DNA from: Octopus bimaculoides | Taxonomy: Eukaryota | Length of the DNA: 37,669 nt | Assembly (NCBI RefSeq): GCF_001194135.2 | Contig: NC_068997.1 | Span: 22,789,840-22,827,508 of the forward strand | Direction of reading: 5' to 3' | Part shown: piece by piece, positions 33,346-37,669 of the stretch | Layout: the number at the start of each line of letters is the position of its first letter | Position numbering within the stretch: position 1 is the stretch's first letter | The notes under the pieces: generated by a model | Seen by the model: only the letters and a program-made list of their open reading frames with translations | Database searches by the model: none | Told to the model about the DNA's origin: nothing | Position numbers and translations under genes: made by a program

Positions 33346-33634
33346 ATTATTATCAATATTACTATATGTATGTGCATGCGTGCTTGCATGCATATCAAGC
33401 TGTAAAAGCACGCTCACCTCCACCACACATACACACACAAAAACAGACATTCTCAAACAAACGCACACATGCTTATACATCTTTAGAGCCTCCATCGCTT
33501 GTATTGGCGCAGTATCCGCATTTCAAGGTGTCCTCTTCAAAAACTCAAGCGTGTTCTGTCAACTAGCCAAACAAGACAAAATAACTATTTTGAAATAAGT
33601 TTTCAATATTTTCTTCTCTCTCTCGCTCTTTCAA

Positions 33635-33637
<3 letters not shown>

Positions 33638-33710
<73 letters not shown>
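33638..33710. repeat. (TC)n microsatellite
   Basis: Direct repeat. Confidence 0.95.
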
Positions 33711-33716
<6 letters not shown>

Positions 33717-34297
33717 CTCCCCTCTTACTTCTTCCTCTCCTACACACCTCACATCTAATATAGTTGAAAAGTTTACGTTTTGCTTAATGTCGGACTACAG
33801 TATTATCTTTTATAATTATATATCATTACTTTGTATAATGTTACTGCGACGTTGCCGATGAGTTCAACCATAGTCGTAGCCAACACCATACAGTAATCGC
33901 TTCAATTCACATGTAGAGGTAGAGCAAGCAGAAAAATAATGAAATTAGATTGAAAATATGTAAGGACAACCTATATATATATGGATGGACATGAGCGTAG
34001 TAATATGTATATGTGTGCTTATGTATATGCTTGTACGTCTGCATGCATGTTTTTGTGTGTGTGTGTGTATATTTGTATATATATTTATACGCTTATACAT
34101 ACATACACACACTCACACACACACACATATATGTTCGTATATATTTACACACGAAGATATATACAGAAATACACCCGACCACGTGTCTGCATGTGTGTAT
34201 GTGTATGTGTATGCGTGTGTGTGTGTGTGTGTGTGTGTGTTGTGTGCATGCATGTATACTTATACGTATATCAATATCTATCTATCTCTCTCTATAT

Positions 34298-34299
<2 letters not shown>

Positions 34300-34389
<90 letters not shown>

Positions 34390-34390
34390 A
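34300..34390. repeat. (TCTA)n microsatellite
   Basis: Direct repeat. Confidence 0.95.
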
Positions 34391-35967
34391 TATATATATA
34401 CACACACATATATTCATACGTGTATTCATATTATATACATATATACCTTATATATATATATATATATATACGCACGCGTGCACACACATTGTGCTCACAC
34501 GTATGTAAATAGGGATGTATGTTCCTCCAAATTCCCTAATATTTTTTCCTTCCCCTATTTGACATTGATTGAATAGTGCTCACTTATTTGACATATCTGT
34601 GGTTTATTACTAAATAACCCTTTCTCGGACTCGAAATTGCTTCCATTGGCTTCTCTTAGCTTATTGGTTTCAATCTTGTATTGTTTGTTTTGACTAAACA
34701 TGAAAATACGTTAGTTAATGTTTTATTCATGTTTTCGTATATCAAAGATAATGAATAATCGTCCTGGCATGTGACTGACTACGAATACGTGCCACGAAAA
34801 CGGTCCAAAATGGTTGAAATGAATGTAGCCTTCTCGCTGGAGGCTTCTGTGATTAATCTTCATCTCTCAATGACCCTTTATTGTGTTTTTCACAAAGCAA
34901 GTCCATAAGGGTTGCCATCTTTGGACAAATATTTCAGTATATGGCTTGCCAAATCCATGCGTACATTAAGTATGATACATAGATGACTATTTTATTTTAA
35001 TATTGTTTCAATTGTGTATAACGGATTTTATTCACCCGGGAATCTTTTCGCAATATCAGATGTTTTGTTTCCTCTTTCGTATGTCATAGACAACGAACTC
35101 CCATCTAAACATGTTGGATAGTATAACCCCGTCTTTACTACTTGGGAAAAAGACGGGATGAAGTGATTTTAATAGAGAGGATATAAGTACATCACAGGGC
35201 TAGAGGACCAATTAGCAGATAGTATATATGATTTCATAGATTTCATTGTTCCGGCTCTCATAGCTTGGCGTTCATGTCCTGATTTTCCTTTCACCTATGC
35301 CTCTCATTCTTTCGGGAGCCGATAAGCAGATGTTTCTATTCCTTTTATTAATTCTTTCAGTCTATTTAGTCTTCACTTTGTCAGGAAGGGATCAGATGTG
35401 AGCAAACCTGGAGAAGGATAAGCTACACCAGATCTAAAATTCCCCCAAGATACGCCTAAAGTCCCAACAGTGCTTTTGTGACTCTTGGAAAGAACTGAGG
35501 ACCTACTGTAAGACGAACCATATTACAGGATAACAGGATACTTTTGATCATGCAGAATGCCTTTCAATACCCACTCGATCATAGCTGATCTAAGGGTTAA
35601 AATAATAGCAACATCAACCACAGCAATAACAAGACCCTCCACAAAAACACATCCTCATAAATATAAAGACGTCATATATAATATTCTCAAGTTACAGCTT
35701 CCGTTAATCTCGTGATGAGGTTCACAAGAAATGGGACAGAAATTCTGATAAGCTTCCTTGATTTCCGGTTTAAACCAGTTTTGTATATGCCTTTATGCCA
35801 AGGACACCTCTAATAAGATATGGTTTTCATAACACTTAATCTTTTCCAATATGTGTGTATCTATGTGTGTGAGTGTGTGTGTGATGGTATGTAGTTTGTA
35901 CGCATGCATGTATATGTATATATGTACAAACACACACACACATATATACATGTATGTATATATGTAG

Positions 35968-35998
<31 letters not shown>

Positions 35999-36853
35999 NN
36001 NNNNNNNNNNNNNNNNNNNNNNNNNNNNNNNNNNNNNNNNNNNNNNNNNNNNNNNNNNNNNNNNNNNNNNNNNNNNNNNNNNNNNNNNNNNNNNNNNNNN
36101 NNNNNNNNNNNNNNNNNNNNNNNNNNNNNNNNNNNNNNNNNNNNNNNNNNNNNNNNNNNNNNNNNNNNNNNNNNNNNNNNNNNNNNNNNNNNNNNNNNNN
36201 NNNNNNNNNNNNNNNNNNNNNNNNNNNNNNNNNNNNNNNNNNNNNNNNNNNNNNNNNNNNNNNNNNNNNNNNNNNNNNNNNNNNNNNNNNNNNNNNNNNN
36301 NNNNNNNNNNNNNNNNNNNNNNNNNNNNNNNNNNNNNNNNNNNNNNNNNNNNNNNNNNNNNNNNNNNNNNNNNNNNNNNNNNNNNNNNNNNNNNNNNNNN
36401 NNNNNNNNNNNNNNNNNNNNNNNNNNNNNNNNNNNNNNNNNNNNNNNNNNNNNNNNNNNNNNNNNNNNNNNNNNNNNNNNNNNNNNNNNNNNNNNNNNNN
36501 NNNNNNNNNNNNNNNNNNNNNNNNNNNNNNNNNNNNNNNNNNNNNNNNNNNNNNNNNNNNNNNNNNNNNNNNNNNNNNNNNNNNNNNNNNNNNNNNNNNN
36601 NNNNNNNNNNNNNNNNNNNNNNNNNNNNNNNNNNNNNNNNNNNNNNNNNNNNNNNNNNNNNNNNNNNNNNNNNNNNNNNNNNNNNNNNNNNNNNNNNNNN
36701 NNNNNNNNNNNNNNNNNNNNNNNNNNNNNNNNNNNNNNNNNNNNNNNNNNNNNNNNNNNNNNNNNNNNNNNNNNNNNNNNNNNNNNNNNNNNNNNNNNNN
36801 NNNNNNNNNNNNNNNNNNNNNNNNNNNNNNNNNNNNNNNNNNNNNNNNNNNNN

Positions 36854-36924
36854 AGATCACCAGTTTGTTCTTTTGCTGCGTTGACACCAAACATCTTATA
36901 TTGGACCCCGGTTGAAAACCACTG
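36854..36924 (-). mobile_element. hAT-type MITE end, remainder in gap
   Basis: rc CAGTGGTTTTCAACCGGGGTCC terminal motif, similar to the terminus at 30501-30516. Confidence 0.6.
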
Positions 36925-36981
36925 GTGCAATTTGATGGATAGATGAATAGATAGATAAATACGAATGTTACATTGAAAACT

Positions 36982-37197
36982 TCCATACTACTTCTGTCTA
37001 CCAAATTCTGTCAAACCGAGGCCATGAAATTAAATGAAATATGAGGAAACGAAGGTAAAAAAAAAAAAACAAAAAAAAAAACAGGAAGAAACGAAAAGAA
37101 AAGAGAAGAAAAGCAGATTTACAAATGTGCCGCGCTGTGAAACCCAACCCGTTAACAAATTGTGGCGAAGCGAACTTCTGAACTACATAACCACGCC
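36982..37197 (-). mobile_element. Diverged SINE family A copy interrupted by an A-rich tract
   Basis: TTCTGTCTACCAAATTC ... [A-rich about 37025-37115] ... CAAATGTGCCGCGCTGTGA..CCCAACC...GAACTACATAACCACGCC. Confidence 0.5.
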
Positions 37198-37669
37198 TTC
37201 GATAGTGATTCAATTAAGGGCTTGCAGAGAACTTTATTCCTGTTCTCTTTTCTATATTTCTACCGTGCACTGTACTTTTGTTAACCGTCTTATTAGCTTG
37301 TGTTTTAATATTTGTCCTATATGAGTGGATGTGAGGAAGTGCTCACTTTCCTTTGTAACTAACTGGGACTGTTGTGATCTTGGCTAGACGAGAACTTGCT
37401 GTCTATTACACTCAAGAAACTTATGGTATAATGAGTATAACATACATTCTTTCACTCATTCTGTTACTCTCTCTCTCTCTCTCTTTCTGTCTCTCTGTTT
37501 CCCTCATGCTTTTTTTAACTCTCTCTCCCCCTTTCTCTCTTTCTGTATACGACTATATATATATCGCATACACACTTACACGCACACACACACACACACA
37601 CATATATAGATACATACACATATACATATATATAGTTGCTTGTGAATATATATATATATATATATATAT

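Noticed and set aside
33981-34576. 175-187 aa ORFs in all three plus frames
   Set aside because: Pure translation of TA/CA/TCTA repeats that lack stop codons

Overview
AT-rich, repeat-dominated animal non-coding DNA from a draft scaffold, with 18 N-gaps totalling about 9.6 kb (about a quarter of the window). The extreme microsatellite load and the tRNA-derived SINE families resemble what I recall from octopus genomes; this taxonomic call is an inference, not a search result. No complete protein-coding gene is supportable, and almost all ORFs in the track are microsatellite or N-gap artefacts. Supportable content: about 20 SINE copies in at least four families, Tc1/mariner transposase fossils, two hAT-type element ends, and a restriction-like-endonuclease LINE fragment (R4/Dong-like) inside an (AAT)n tract. 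The most notable feature is a Penelope-like element at 20116-20538. It carries a near-canonical hammerhead ribozyme fold with a palindromic stem III, a GIY-YIG-like remnant, and a 39-bp inverted terminal copy whose partner arm starts 3 nt after the predicted self-cleavage site. A second, degenerate minimal hammerhead-like motif lies at 26837-26871 (-). A few short unique segments have splice-site-bounded open frames and may be exons of a large-intron host gene (low confidence).
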